Part shown: in pieces, positions 17,627-27,522 of the stretch
Layout: the number at the start of each line of letters is the position of its first letter
Position numbering within the stretch: the stretch's first letter is position 1
DNA from: an uncultured archaeon
GTDB lineage: Archaea > Micrarchaeota > Micrarchaeia > Micrarchaeales > CABMGC01
DNA: 32,000 bases
Assembly (NCBI GenBank): GCA_963704435.1
Contig: OY969902.1
Location: 240,001 to 272,000 of the forward strand
Reading direction: 5' to 3'
Notes under the pieces: generated by a model
Databases searched by the model: none
Told to the model about the DNA's origin: nothing
Seen by the model: only the letters and a program-made list of their open reading frames with translations
Position numbers and translations under genes: made by a program

Positions 17627-19974
17627 TGAGACTAAGGACCGCGATAATCGCCGTCGTCGTCTTCGCAGTGCTGTTCTCCGCGCTCGTGCTCTACATAAGG
17701 TCCCTCGCGAGCAGCTTCGTCCCCTACGTCACTCCCGCCGCGCCCGGCCCGGTATCGCTGCAGGCGCACGTCAACACGAGCAGGATGATAACCTACAACG
17801 ACACCCACAACCTCGCGGACTACGCGCTCGTGTCATACTCGCTGAGGAACGCGACGAACGCGATCGTGACGCTGGCCGCCTACACTCGGAACCCAATGCC
17901 GCGGATATACCTGCTCAACGTCAGCGCGTACTGCCTGTCATGCTTCAGCTCGGACTACCTAAGTTCGATCCTCCGCTCGGACCTGGCGCAGTACGGGATC
18001 ATAAAGAACGCAACCAGCTTCAGCTACGTCAATGTCACCAACGCGGGCAGCATACCCCGGAACTCGATCGTGATAGTGCCATCCGGCGTACTGCCCCGCC
18101 CGCTCATCGGGAGCTCAAACGCTAGCGTCTTCGCGATGCTGAACAGGGGAGATACGATAATCTTCGCAGGCAGGAACTTCTCGAGCAGGTCGATAGACCT
18201 CAACAGCCTGGTGTACGTTGATTCAGCGAGCGTCATCTCGCAGTTCCTCTCATTCGGCATAGCCGAGGCCCCGTTCACGAACGCGGTCAACAAGTCATTC
18301 ATACCCGCGAACATGAGCTTCCGAGGCCAGACCACGGTGCTGGTCGGAGGGAGGCAGTACGGGAACGCGACCTTCATCAACTCGGCAAACGGAACGGTAA
18401 TAACTTTCACGAACTATCCCACGTCCGGATGGAACAGCGCCCAGGATATGGCGAACGACATCTCCAGCGCCGTGAATTCGAGGTTCTGGATCCCGAACCC
18501 CGGGCGCGGCGGGACGTCATTCGCGGTCGGCGCGAACGGCATAGGCAACGTAGGCGCGGTCGCGATCCTTTCCAGCGTCGTGAACAGCACGAGCATCGGC
18601 AGGATCGCGAACGGAACTTACTCCTTGGTGTCGGTGGCCGCAAGGGGCCCCGGCGGCACCGCGATGGAGGAGTTTGCCTTCCGGAACCAGTACGCGTGGA
18701 AGGGCCTCGTGGGCGTGCAGTCCGTGGCAGGGGAGCGTCAGAACATCCCGCTGACCGTCTTGGTGAACGGAAATCCGAACGCCAACACCAGCGTCCTTCT
18801 GCATCTCGACATGTACGACAAGAACATGAGCTACGTGGGCACGATACCGCTCGCGTTCGTGCTCGTGGGCAGCGAGGTCGTGCAGTACAGGTCGTTCGCC
18901 TTCCCCAGCGGCTACTACCTGATGGAGCTCAAGGACTTCAGCAACAACCTCTACTCCGAGGCGCTCTTCTATCTCACGAACGTGACCTTGAACGCCACCT
19001 CGCTGGACTTCAAGAACGCCACCTTCTCGTTCAGCGCGTTCAGCAATGGCCTTCCGATAACCAACACTACCTACTCCATAAGCATAAACGGGGCGTACAG
19101 CAGCTCCGGCATAGTCAGGAACGGGACGTTCGACTATTCGCTCCCGAAGGGGACGATAGTCAACTACGGCAACGAGGTGTTCCGCATAATGATGTTCAAC
19201 ACCAACTACACCGTATCCGAGCAGTACCAGCAGAACATACTCCACATCCCACCGATATACATCGAGTTCGCAATCGCGATAATCGTCGTGGTGCTCCTGA
19301 ACCTCATCCTCAGGCCGCCCCTGAGGGACGAGTACTACATAGACGTTCCCGAGTTCCCGCCATCCAAGGCAGAGAAGGTCGGCGTGCAGTCGGGATCGGT
19401 GCTCGGCGTCTTCGACAAGGTGAACTACTACTACCGCTGGACCTACATGCCGCTCACCGTCGGTGAGATAAGGCTGGGGATAAACAACAACATAAGGGCC
19501 AATAACATGCCCGTGGCCGTGACTACGCAGAACGCCAACATAGTGCTGGCTAAGCTCGTCATGGACGGCAAGCTCGTGAGCTCCGGGGAGTACTATGCGC
19601 CGAAGGCGTGGGTGGACTCGTCGAAGCACAGCATAGACTACCTGGTAATATTCAGGAAGCTGAGGGACTACTGCGTCTCGCACGCCATACTGTTCACGGA
19701 CCTGGACTCCGACAAGACGGAGGACATGCTCGTGACCAAGGACGGCAGGCGGAGCGGCGTCTTCATATCCGCGCCCGGGTCGAAGACGAAGAGCATCCCG
19801 CTCTCGAACGACTCGAAGAGCTTCCTGGTCTTCCTGGACGACGCCGCGAGGCAGGATTTCGTAAAGAGCCTGTACACGTCGCTGGGCAAGGAGGCGGAGA
19901 TGCTGAAGCTGGGCATAGAGTACAACTACATAAGGCTGGTCGACTGCGATCACCTGGACCAGCTGGAACTCTAG
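17623..19974 (+). CDS. Large membrane protein: N-terminal TM, about 540-aa sequon-rich ectodomain, TM, about 190-aa cytoplasmic domain
   Basis: TAIIAVVVFAVLFSALVLYI and IYIEFAIAIIVVVLLNLIL TM segments; many N-x-S/T motifs between them. Confidence 0.8.
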   Translation: MMRLRTAIIAVVVFAVLFSALVLYIRSLASSFVPYVTPAAPGPVSLQAHVNTSRMITYNDTHNLADYALVSYSLRNATNAIVTLAAYTRNPMPRIYLLNVSAYCLSCFSSDYLSSILRSDLAQYGIIKNATSFSYVNVTNAGSIPRNSIVIVPSGVLPRPLIGSSNASVFAMLNRGDTIIFAGRNFSSRSIDLNSLVYVDSASVISQFLSFGIAEAPFTNAVNKSFIPANMSFRGQTTVLVGGRQYGNATFINSANGTVITFTNYPTSGWNSAQDMANDISSAVNSRFWIPNPGRGGTSFAVGANGIGNVGAVAILSSVVNSTSIGRIANGTYSLVSVAARGPGGTAMEEFAFRNQYAWKGLVGVQSVAGERQNIPLTVLVNGNPNANTSVLLHLDMYDKNMSYVGTIPLAFVLVGSEVVQYRSFAFPSGYYLMELKDFSNNLYSEALFYLTNVTLNATSLDFKNATFSFSAFSNGLPITNTTYSISINGAYSSSGIVRNGTFDYSLPKGTIVNYGNEVFRIMMFNTNYTVSEQYQQNILHIPPIYIEFAIAIIVVVLLNLILRPPLRDEYYIDVPEFPPSKAEKVGVQSGSVLGVFDKVNYYYRWTYMPLTVGEIRLGINNNIRANNMPVAVTTQNANIVLAKLVMDGKLVSSGEYYAPKAWVDSSKHSIDYLVIFRKLRDYCVSHAILFTDLDSDKTEDMLVTKDGRRSGVFISAPGSKTKSIPLSNDSKSFLVFLDDAARQDFVKSLYTSLGKEAEMLKLGIEYNYIRLVDCDHLDQLEL

Positions 19975-20003
19975 GGATTGTTCTTAGATGGCGACTCTAC
20001 CTC

Positions 20004-21593
20004 TCAGGACTGCTGTTCCTTCTCCTCCTTGGCCTTAAGCAGGTCCTTGTACTTCTTGTCCACCAGCGCCTTGAGTTCTACCTCTATCTTTTTCCTGTCG
20101 TCCCCGGTTATGTCGCTGAGGTCCCCGGACAGCTGGCTGACGTACCTGACTATCATGCTGTAGCTGCTCTCCTGCAGGTTCCTGTGCCTCTCTCCACTGA
20201 GGTACCTCTCGAGCTTCCTGCCTGCGTCCATCACCGCGAGCTTTATCTCCTCGACGATCTCCTCGTTCTGCGCTATCGCCTGCTTCCCGACGCCCGAGTA
20301 GGGTATGTACACCGATGACACGTTGACGAGCACGCTGACCGGCTCCTCGTCGAACTTCGCTATCGAGTAGCGCTTCCAGTCCACCCCCCCAATCGCCTCG
20401 GTTATCGCGCAGCTGCCCGTGTCGAACAGCAGCGGCACCTTGTTCGCGAACCGTAGCACGTTGCCAGAGACCATCTGGCCGTTCGCCTTGCCCGCCTTTC
20501 CGCCGTAGGCTATGCCCACCTCGACCACGAAGGGTATCCCTCCCTTGAATACCTTCGGCTTGCGCTCCACCACGCTCAGGAACGTCGGGTCGAGTATGTT
20601 CTTCATCGCGATCTCTATCTGGCTCTCCCCTATCGTCGAAAGCGAGTCGAGTTCCGGAGCGATCCACTTCACCTGCCCAAACGCGTTCACTATGCGCTCG
20701 GCCTCCGCCCAGGTCAGCGCCCTCGGCTCCTTCTCGAAGTCGACGTCCTTCGCGATGGCCGCGAGCTCCTTCACCTTCTCCTGCGACACCCTAGAGAACG
20801 TCTCCACGAGCAGCGAGGAAACCTTCCTGCTGCTGCTCATCCTCGCGAAATCGAGAAGGTCGCTCGCCCCTATGCCGAGTGGATGGGGCTTTATCAGCTT
20901 CGCCCTCTTGGGCATCTCCTCTACGGATCTCGGGAAGGCAACCTCATTCCCGTCGGGCTCCACAAGCCTTATGCTGATGTGCGGGTTGGAGAGCGCCGTC
21001 CTCCTTATGTACTCGTAGACTCCGTGGTCGCTCTTCTCGTACTTCACGTCGCCGAACTCGCCGTAGACCGACAGCCCGCGGAACTCTCGCGGCACCGGGG
21101 TCACCTCGCTGATTATGGGCTTGTTGGACCTTATGTCCACGCTGAGGTTGCACTCGAACTGATCCTTCCCCGTGCCCGACTTGACGTGTATGCCCTTGCC
21201 TGTTGTTATGAGCGCGAAAAGCGTGCAGCCCCCGGCCCCTATGCCCTGCTGCCCCCTCTGCTGCATGTACCTGTGGAACTTCGTTCCGGAAAGGACTGAC
21301 GCTAGCGCCTTGCCTACTATGCCCTTGGGTATCCCAGGGCCGTTGTCCGTGACGCCGATGCCGTACTTGTTCTCCGAGATTTCCTTCACGACGACGTCTA
21401 TGCTCGGCAGTATGTTCGCCTCCTCGCAGGCATCGAGCGAGTTCGTGACGTACTCGTGCACCACGGTCGTCAGCGACCTGACCTTCCCGGAGTAGCCGAG
21501 CATCTGGCTGTTCTTCCGGAAGAACTCGGTTATGGAGTGCTCCCTGAACTCCTTGAATATCTCCTCTGAAGACTTTACCTCCTCTTGCGCCAA
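20004..21593 (-). CDS. top6B: DNA topoisomerase VI subunit B
   Basis: GHKL ATPase motifs: TVVHEYVTNSLDACEEA, GVTDNGPGIPKGIVGKALASVLSGTKFH, QRGQQGIGAGGCTLFALITTGK. Confidence 0.95.
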   Translation of the reverse strand: MAQEEVKSSEEIFKEFREHSITEFFRKNSQMLGYSGKVRSLTTVVHEYVTNSLDACEEANILPSIDVVVKEISENKYGIGVTDNGPGIPKGIVGKALASVLSGTKFHRYMQQRGQQGIGAGGCTLFALITTGKGIHVKSGTGKDQFECNLSVDIRSNKPIISEVTPVPREFRGLSVYGEFGDVKYEKSDHGVYEYIRRTALSNPHISIRLVEPDGNEVAFPRSVEEMPKRAKLIKPHPLGIGASDLLDFARMSSSRKVSSLLVETFSRVSQEKVKELAAIAKDVDFEKEPRALTWAEAERIVNAFGQVKWIAPELDSLSTIGESQIEIAMKNILDPTFLSVVERKPKVFKGGIPFVVEVGIAYGGKAGKANGQMVSGNVLRFANKVPLLFDTGSCAITEAIGGVDWKRYSIAKFDEEPVSVLVNVSSVYIPYSGVGKQAIAQNEEIVEEIKLAVMDAGRKLERYLSGERHRNLQESSYSMIVRYVSQLSGDLSDITGDDRKKIEVELKALVDKKYKDLLKAKEEKEQQS

Positions 21594-21597
21594 TCCG

Positions 21598-22101
21598 TCA
21601 CCTTCCGTTCTCCCGTTTCTTCATCTTCTCCATTATGGTGTATGCCTTTTTGTGCGTTCCGCCATCCAGCAGCACGTCCAGTGCAGAGCGCATTATCCTG
21701 AGCTCCTCGATCGTGCCTATCATGCTCACAGTGTCCCCGTAGACCACCATGTCCGCCCCGCTGACCGCCTGCATGTAGCTCTTGGTCCGTCCCTCGCTCC
21801 CTATTATCCTCGCCTTTATCCTCCTCACGTGGTCATCGTTCTTGAACATCGTCTTCAGGTCCACGGACTCGAAGAAGTAGTCCTCGGACAGGAGCTTGTA
21901 GGCCTTGTGTATGTCGAACCCCCTGCCGAACGCAAGCAGGACGTTCTTCGCATTGTACTCATCGTACGCCTCTCCGGTTATCACTACTTCGTTGCCGTCT
22001 CGAACCTCTATGCCGCACGCTAGGCGCTCGCTTATCGAGTCCAGGAGCGCGCGGTCTTCGAGTAGCTTGGCCCTCCTTGCAGGCATCAGGAACTGCTGCA
22101 T
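21598..22101 (-). CDS. KH-domain RNA-binding protein (archaeal Krr1/Dim2-like)
   Basis: RIKARIIGSEGRTKSYMQAVSGADMVVYGDTVSMIGTIEELRIMRSALDVLLDGGTHKKAY. Confidence 0.85.
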   Translation of the reverse strand: MQQFLMPARRAKLLEDRALLDSISERLACGIEVRDGNEVVITGEAYDEYNAKNVLLAFGRGFDIHKAYKLLSEDYFFESVDLKTMFKNDDHVRRIKARIIGSEGRTKSYMQAVSGADMVVYGDTVSMIGTIEELRIMRSALDVLLDGGTHKKAYTIMEKMKKRENGR

Positions 22102-22217
22102 CCAATCACAAAACCAAAATCAGGCTAAGACATATTGCCTCGCCGAGACTTTTATATCTTCGTCTTGCGAGGGCAATTCCTTAATAACCTGTTTTGCCAT
22201 AGAGGATAGGGAGTAAA

Positions 22218-23132
22218 ATGAACATTGTCATCGCGGTTCCGGTGGACGAGAACTTCGCGGCATTCATAGGCAAGAAGGGCTCCGCAAACAGCATCACGTT
22301 CTACAACCGGAAGCAGGAGGGCGACATGATAGTCGCGCTGTTCCCCGGCCAGGAGGACGAGAAAGTGCACGCGCTTGCCCAGTCGCTGCTGGTGGCGCAC
22401 AAGATCGTGATCAGCACGGCCGCAGTCGACAAGAGGTTCGGGGAGGCGCTCATCGCAGCGTCGCTGCTCGAGAAGCCAATCATACTCACGAACGACAACG
22501 ACGTTGAGGCCATACTCAAGGGTTCGGGGATCTCGAACTGCAGGATCGTGCCCAAGGAGGGGCTTTTCGAGGCGATACGCGAAGGCTCGGACCTGGCCCC
22601 CGAAGTGGACGGGAGCGATGTCAGGGTGGACATAGACAAGGCGTTCCCTGTGAGGGGCATAGGCACCGTTGCGCTGGGCATAGTGACCCGCGGAGTCGTG
22701 AAGCAGCACGAGAAGCTCTACCACTCTTCAGGAAAGCAGGTGGCTGTGCGGTCTCTGCAGAGCCACGACGAAGACGTGACCTCCGCAGGCGTAGGCACCC
22801 GCGTGGGCATCTCACTCAAGGACATCGGTGACGATGAGATAAGCAAGGGCGACTTGCTGACATCGATCGCTCCAGTAAGGAAGTCGAGGAAGATCGTGAT
22901 CGATGCGAAGCAGAGCGCGGTCGCGAAGGAATCCGTCTCGGAAGGGTCGTCGTACAGGATTGCTCAGAACTTTTCCTCGAGCGATTGCATAGTGACCGGG
23001 ATCCACGGAAACGATATCGAGGTCGAACTGAGCGCACCGATGCCTGTGGAGAAGGGTGACGAGGTATTCCTGATAAGGAAGGCGGTTCCCAGGCTGTTTG
23101 CGTCAGGCAGGGTTAAGGAAGCCTCTGCGTGA
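22218..23132 (+). CDS. EF-Tu domain II-containing protein lacking a G domain
   Basis: VDIDKAFPVRGIGTVALGIVTRGVVKQHEKLYHSSGKQVAVRSLQSHDEDVTSAGVGTRVGISLKDI resembles EF1A/SelB domain II; no GxxxxGKS or NKxD. Confidence 0.75.
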   Translation: MNIVIAVPVDENFAAFIGKKGSANSITFYNRKQEGDMIVALFPGQEDEKVHALAQSLLVAHKIVISTAAVDKRFGEALIAASLLEKPIILTNDNDVEAILKGSGISNCRIVPKEGLFEAIREGSDLAPEVDGSDVRVDIDKAFPVRGIGTVALGIVTRGVVKQHEKLYHSSGKQVAVRSLQSHDEDVTSAGVGTRVGISLKDIGDDEISKGDLLTSIAPVRKSRKIVIDAKQSAVAKESVSEGSSYRIAQNFSSSDCIVTGIHGNDIEVELSAPMPVEKGDEVFLIRKAVPRLFASGRVKEASA

Positions 23133-23163
23133 TTCGGCCTAAAACGGCAATCTGCTTGAGCGA

Positions 23164-24000
23164 TCACCGCACAAGGTTCTTTACCGCATCAGACAGTGGA
23201 ACGTTAAGATCTGTCGCGGGCTTTTCGAGCATGACGAATTCGTATTCCGACTCCTTTAGAAGCAGGCCCTGCGCCATCCCGTCTACGATCTGGCCATTCA
23301 TGTGTTCCCCTTTGTCTTTCTGCGCAGGTATGAAGACCCTGCGTTCATATTTGTGCGGGACCCCGTGCTCTGCGCTCTTCTTTTCAGGTATCCACTTATT
23401 CTCCACGTAAGTGACACTGACGTTGCTGTGCTGCTTTGTCAGGCGTCCTATGATCTCGCGACCAAATTCCGTCTGCATGCTGAAAGCGGTTCCCCTGTCG
23501 TCTCTTTCCCTGCCCCTTTTTTCGGCGGAGTCCACGAGCACTGCGATTATTTCATTGAGCTCCCCGAGTTCAGCCAAGTGTGCGGGATACCTGCTTCCAA
23601 GCGTGCGCAGGAAATTCGCATAGATTTCGTTCAATCTCTCGGCATCGAGCTTCCTCTCCGATGCGTGGTGCGAGGATCTTTTCATGATCCGCTGCAGTTC
23701 TATTTTACCATCCACTCCTATCCCGATGTGGCTAGGATAGGAAAAGGTTGCGTCAGAGCGTTCGCTTCCATCTATGAAGTAGACGCGCAAGTTCGTCTTT
23801 ATTCCGGAAAGCTCAGACAGGCTCCTGCTAAGGCTTTCAACATACCACGGTATGAAACTCGAATTTATATCGATTCCGAGAGTTGCTTCTGGCGCAGTGC
23901 CATAGCGCGCGCTTTCGTATGCTGAGCGCTTCAGCTCAGTGAATATCTGTACGGGCGACTTGTGCTCGACGAGCACGCTGACTTCAGTAGGACTAGACAT
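23164..24000 (-). CDS. Hypothetical protein
   Basis: ORF track; G+C-moderate, no recognised motif. Confidence 0.7.
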   Translation of the reverse strand: MSSPTEVSVLVEHKSPVQIFTELKRSAYESARYGTAPEATLGIDINSSFIPWYVESLSRSLSELSGIKTNLRVYFIDGSERSDATFSYPSHIGIGVDGKIELQRIMKRSSHHASERKLDAERLNEIYANFLRTLGSRYPAHLAELGELNEIIAVLVDSAEKRGRERDDRGTAFSMQTEFGREIIGRLTKQHSNVSVTYVENKWIPEKKSAEHGVPHKYERRVFIPAQKDKGEHMNGQIVDGMAQGLLLKESEYEFVMLEKPATDLNVPLSDAVKNLVR

Positions 24001-24098
24001 TACAGGGCTTTAGAGTGGTGTACTGCTCCTCTGTCATGCAACTCACGTAACTATTCCTTTGCATGGCCACATATTTATGCCTTGCGTGTGGGCCAGCT

Positions 24099-24149
24099 TT
24101 GTCCATAAAGTCCCTCTTGTCCATAAAGTGTCAATCTTGTCCATAAAGT
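24099..24149. repeat. Three direct copies of TTGTCCATAAAGT (24099-24111, 24117-24129, 24137-24149)
   Basis: Exact 13-bp copies with start-to-start spacing of 18 and 20 bp. Confidence 0.95.
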
Positions 24150-24151
24150 CG

Positions 24152-26833
24152 TCACACAGTTTCTTCTATTAGTTCTATTTCTTTTTTATCAGATATTCCA
24201 TAAATGTTGTATACTTGTTCATTGATTTCTTTATCTATTCTTTGAATCTCATCTTTCAGCTCGATAGCCCTATTTGTTTTATCCTTTGTTTCCATGAGTT
24301 CATTATTTAGCGAAATAATCCTATCTACTAATTTTATAATTTGATTCTGTTTGGTTTTATCTTTTTTGATAGGTATCTGTTTTAAGTAAATTCGTTTAAT
24401 GTTAATATCGACAAAAAGTTTTCTAAACCAATAATTAATCAGGTTGGAATTTATTATTCCGAGAACATATTTAGTTGAATAGCCTAAGCTTTCGTCAATT
24501 ATTATATTATTTAGGTTTTGAAGAGTATAGTATTTTTGATTATCATAGGCTACAATAAGCCTTCTTGGTAATTTCAGATTTCTTATGAGTTGAACTAATA
24601 ATTTCTGCTCATTTAGATATACTCTCTCATCCCAACAGCCTCCGCCTGCACTACTTTTATCAAAATAAATATATTTGTTATTAAATCTCAGCCAGTATCT
24701 TCCAATATCTCTACCACTTAAGAGGGGTTTATATTTGCTATTTTTCTGAGTATCAAAAATACATTCTTTATTATTACGAGTTACCATACCTCTATAAACT
24801 TCTCCTATCTCTCCAAGAGGTATTGAACCTCTTTCTATCTTCTTCTTTATACTATCAAAGCGGTCATCTACAACTACATTAAAGGAGTAAAAGTTAGATT
24901 TCAAAAAGGATTTTTGATATATTTTCTTTTTATCTTTGATTTTCAACTGAGCAGAATTGCTGTCTCCAGAATAAAATGTAAGCTTATTCTTTAATCTAAC
25001 TTTTTCATCGGATTCTTTTTGGAGTATAAGTATACAGGTATCTACATTTGCTGATTTAAAGACGTCTTTTTTCAAATCGTATATTTGTAAGATTATGGTT
25101 TTATCAAGTATGAGTTTTCTAAGATTACAAAAATATTTGTTGTTTATTATGCTGTTAGGTATGATGAATCCTAAAATTCCACCATCTTTAAGCAAGGATA
25201 TTGCCCTTTCTATAAATAATGCAAAAAGGTTGGGATTAGATTCGGCAGATACATAACCTTTGTCAGATTTGTAAAATTCATATTCATCTGGGTTCTCATT
25301 TGAATATATGACATCGTATGGTGGATTTCCTATTATAATGTCAAATCCGCCATTGTCAAGTATCTCTTTAAATTTTGACCGCCATTCAAATGCATTTTCT
25401 TTTGCGACAGTTTCATCATCTATTAAAGAATTACCATTTTTGATATTCTGTTTTAAATCTGGTAGCCTGTGTTTTGTCTCTGCAATCCTCAATAATAAAT
25501 TAAGTTCGGTTATTTCTACTGCTTTTCTATCAAGGTCAACGCCAAATATGTTATTCCTTAAAACCTTGGTTTTATTTGTAAGTCTCCTTAAGATGTCTTC
25601 CTTATTGACATCTAATTCTGTTTGAGAATAATTTTTATTCTTCTGTTTATAACATTCATCAAGAAAATCAAATGCACCTAAAAGGAAAGAACCAGAACCG
25701 CAAGCCATATCTAAAACTTTTATATTTTCAATATGATTGGGCTTTTTATTTTTTATTGCATTTCCTATAGTATTTTCAACAATATAATTGACTATATATG
25801 TAGGCGTATAATATATTCCTTGATTTCTTCTGAATACTTGAATATTTCCTATATATTTTTCATACATAGAGCCTAATACATTTGCATCAATTTCATTGAA
25901 TTTATATTGATAAATATCGTTTTTATCATAGGTTTCTTTAAGTATTTTATAATATGTTTTGTTATCTATATTAACAAGTTCTGCTTCATGTCTCTCAGAA
26001 AAATCTGATTCGTTATAAGTAAAAAGTTTACTATCGTAAACTTTATCATATTCTTCAAATAATTTGTTAACTTTATCTTTTATTATGATATATCTATTAT
26101 TATCATACTGATTTAAAATTTCCTTTAAAGTTTCATCAGACTTTGCTTCAAGTTTTCTATCCTCTACAGTCCTAATAAATATTATTCTATTAAGTAAAAT
26201 CTGTGCGATTTCTTCCAACGCTTCATCTGAATGTGGTTTTTTATTATTCTTCTTGATGGAAGAGATTATCTTTTTACGCCATGATAGAATATCATTAAGA
26301 AGTTCTTCATCTATTCTAATAGTCTTTTTTATTCTTCCTTCCTCTTCGGCTATTTTATCTATCCGTCCTGTTTCAAAACTTTCTCTTGATAGAAGTAATA
26401 TGTCATCTAATTTTTCAATAAGTTTTTTGTAATTTATGCGCCTAAAGATATGGTTTATGAGTGATGCTTCTTTTGTATCGCAGATTAAAATTATAGTCTC
26501 TTCGAAGTTAGATAATACTGCCCACCTTTTATTTTTATTTCTTCCATAGTTCAATGCCTGAATTATGTCTCCTTCTTCGATGCTTTTGACCTTTTTTGTT
26601 TCTAAGAAAAAGGCTATGCTATTGTTTAAATAAAAAATATAATCAGGTCTTCCTTGTGGTTGATTCTTTTGTTCTTTAACTTCATCAGTATCATCCATGC
26701 GCCAACCAAGATAACCAAAAAGGGGTTCAACATATGCTCTACAGATATCTCTTTCTGATTCTTCACTATGGTCTTTGCTATCAAAGTCCCGAATTTTCTT
26801 AATTAGATTCTTCTTCAGAAGTTCTTTATCCAT
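24152..26833 (-). CDS. Single-chain restriction-modification enzyme (type IIG/Eco57I-like N6-adenine MTase plus N-terminal nuclease)
   Basis: GRPDYIFYLNNSIAFFLETKK PD-(D/E)xK-like nuclease; VLDMACGSGSFLLGAF motif I; DIIIGNPPYDV motif IV; TaqI-like C-terminal specificity region. Confidence 0.9.
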   Translation of the reverse strand: MDKELLKKNLIKKIRDFDSKDHSEESERDICRAYVEPLFGYLGWRMDDTDEVKEQKNQPQGRPDYIFYLNNSIAFFLETKKVKSIEEGDIIQALNYGRNKNKRWAVLSNFEETIILICDTKEASLINHIFRRINYKKLIEKLDDILLLSRESFETGRIDKIAEEEGRIKKTIRIDEELLNDILSWRKKIISSIKKNNKKPHSDEALEEIAQILLNRIIFIRTVEDRKLEAKSDETLKEILNQYDNNRYIIIKDKVNKLFEEYDKVYDSKLFTYNESDFSERHEAELVNIDNKTYYKILKETYDKNDIYQYKFNEIDANVLGSMYEKYIGNIQVFRRNQGIYYTPTYIVNYIVENTIGNAIKNKKPNHIENIKVLDMACGSGSFLLGAFDFLDECYKQKNKNYSQTELDVNKEDILRRLTNKTKVLRNNIFGVDLDRKAVEITELNLLLRIAETKHRLPDLKQNIKNGNSLIDDETVAKENAFEWRSKFKEILDNGGFDIIIGNPPYDVIYSNENPDEYEFYKSDKGYVSAESNPNLFALFIERAISLLKDGGILGFIIPNSIINNKYFCNLRKLILDKTIILQIYDLKKDVFKSANVDTCILILQKESDEKVRLKNKLTFYSGDSNSAQLKIKDKKKIYQKSFLKSNFYSFNVVVDDRFDSIKKKIERGSIPLGEIGEVYRGMVTRNNKECIFDTQKNSKYKPLLSGRDIGRYWLRFNNKYIYFDKSSAGGGCWDERVYLNEQKLLVQLIRNLKLPRRLIVAYDNQKYYTLQNLNNIIIDESLGYSTKYVLGIINSNLINYWFRKLFVDINIKRIYLKQIPIKKDKTKQNQIIKLVDRIISLNNELMETKDKTNRAIELKDEIQRIDKEINEQVYNIYGISDKKEIELIEETV

Positions 26834-26836
26834 AGT

Positions 26837-27352
26837 CTAATCCCTTCGTGTTAAGAGATATGCCCCAAGTCCAATTGCCAAAATTCCAGCTATGCCTATT
26901 GCAATTTTCTTATTTCTATCATCAGTTTCTTTTTGTTTTACTTCATTCGCTATTTCAGAAGATAAACTTTTCAACTGAGTTAATACATTAATTAATTCAG
27001 GAATATTCGTTCTATTAAATTCATATGATGTGGATTTAAATCTTGCTGGTTTAGGAACATCTATTCCTCTTTCTGTAAACACATAGGCAGGACGATTAAA
27101 AGCATGTATTACTCCTAATTCCCACATTACCATATCACGTGTATTTTTATTTTCTATTACATTTTTCGTTATAAAAATAAATGCACTATGTGAATTATAG
27201 ATAGCTCCTATGAGTTTTTCGTGTAATGGACTCGGCTCTGCTGGTTGTAGTTCAGCAAGATATGGAAAGATATTTCCATTTTCAATTTGTGAAACTAAAG
27301 CAGTTATATCTAAATCATCTGAACTATGCGAAATAAAAATTTGAATGGCCAT
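26837..27352 (-). CDS. TIR-domain protein with C-terminal TM helix
   Basis: IFISHSSDDLDITALVSQIE...AFIFITKNVIENKNTRDMVMWELGVIHAFNRPAYVF; tail IAIGIAGILAIGLGAYLL. Confidence 0.85.
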   Translation of the reverse strand: MAIQIFISHSSDDLDITALVSQIENGNIFPYLAELQPAEPSPLHEKLIGAIYNSHSAFIFITKNVIENKNTRDMVMWELGVIHAFNRPAYVFTERGIDVPKPARFKSTSYEFNRTNIPELINVLTQLKSLSSEIANEVKQKETDDRNKKIAIGIAGILAIGLGAYLLTRRD

Positions 27353-27353
27353 G

Positions 27354-27521
27354 CTATTCCTCTGGTTCTTTCCAGCCTTGCGCTTCTATCTCATCGTCTA
27401 ATGCTTTCTGCACAAAACGAGATAGGTTAATGCTTTTTGCCTCGATAAATCGCTGATGCTTAGGCAATAAAGTAATAGTCTTGGGTATCGCCCTTTCTAT
27501 TGGTTTTCTTTGTTTTCCCAT
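27354..27521 (-). CDS. 55-aa ribbon-helix-helix-like candidate (not in ORF track): MGKQRKPIERAIPKTITLLPKHQRFIEAKSINLSRFVQKALDDEIEAQGWKEPEE
   Basis: Manual reverse-strand translation; 'KTITLLPKHQRFIEAKSINLSRFVQKALDDEI' has beta-helix-helix RHH layout; 1 nt gap to the TIR start. Confidence 0.7.
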   Translation of the reverse strand: MGKQRKPIERAIPKTITLLPKHQRFIEAKSINLSRFVQKALDDEIEAQGWKEPEE

Positions 27522-27522
27522 G

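Noticed and set aside
18517-19953. 478-aa minus-strand ORF
   Set aside because: Antisense shadow of the 783-aa membrane protein gene, no domain features.
24099-24149. CRISPR array
   Set aside because: Units are only 13 bp with 5-7 bp between them; too short for spacers.
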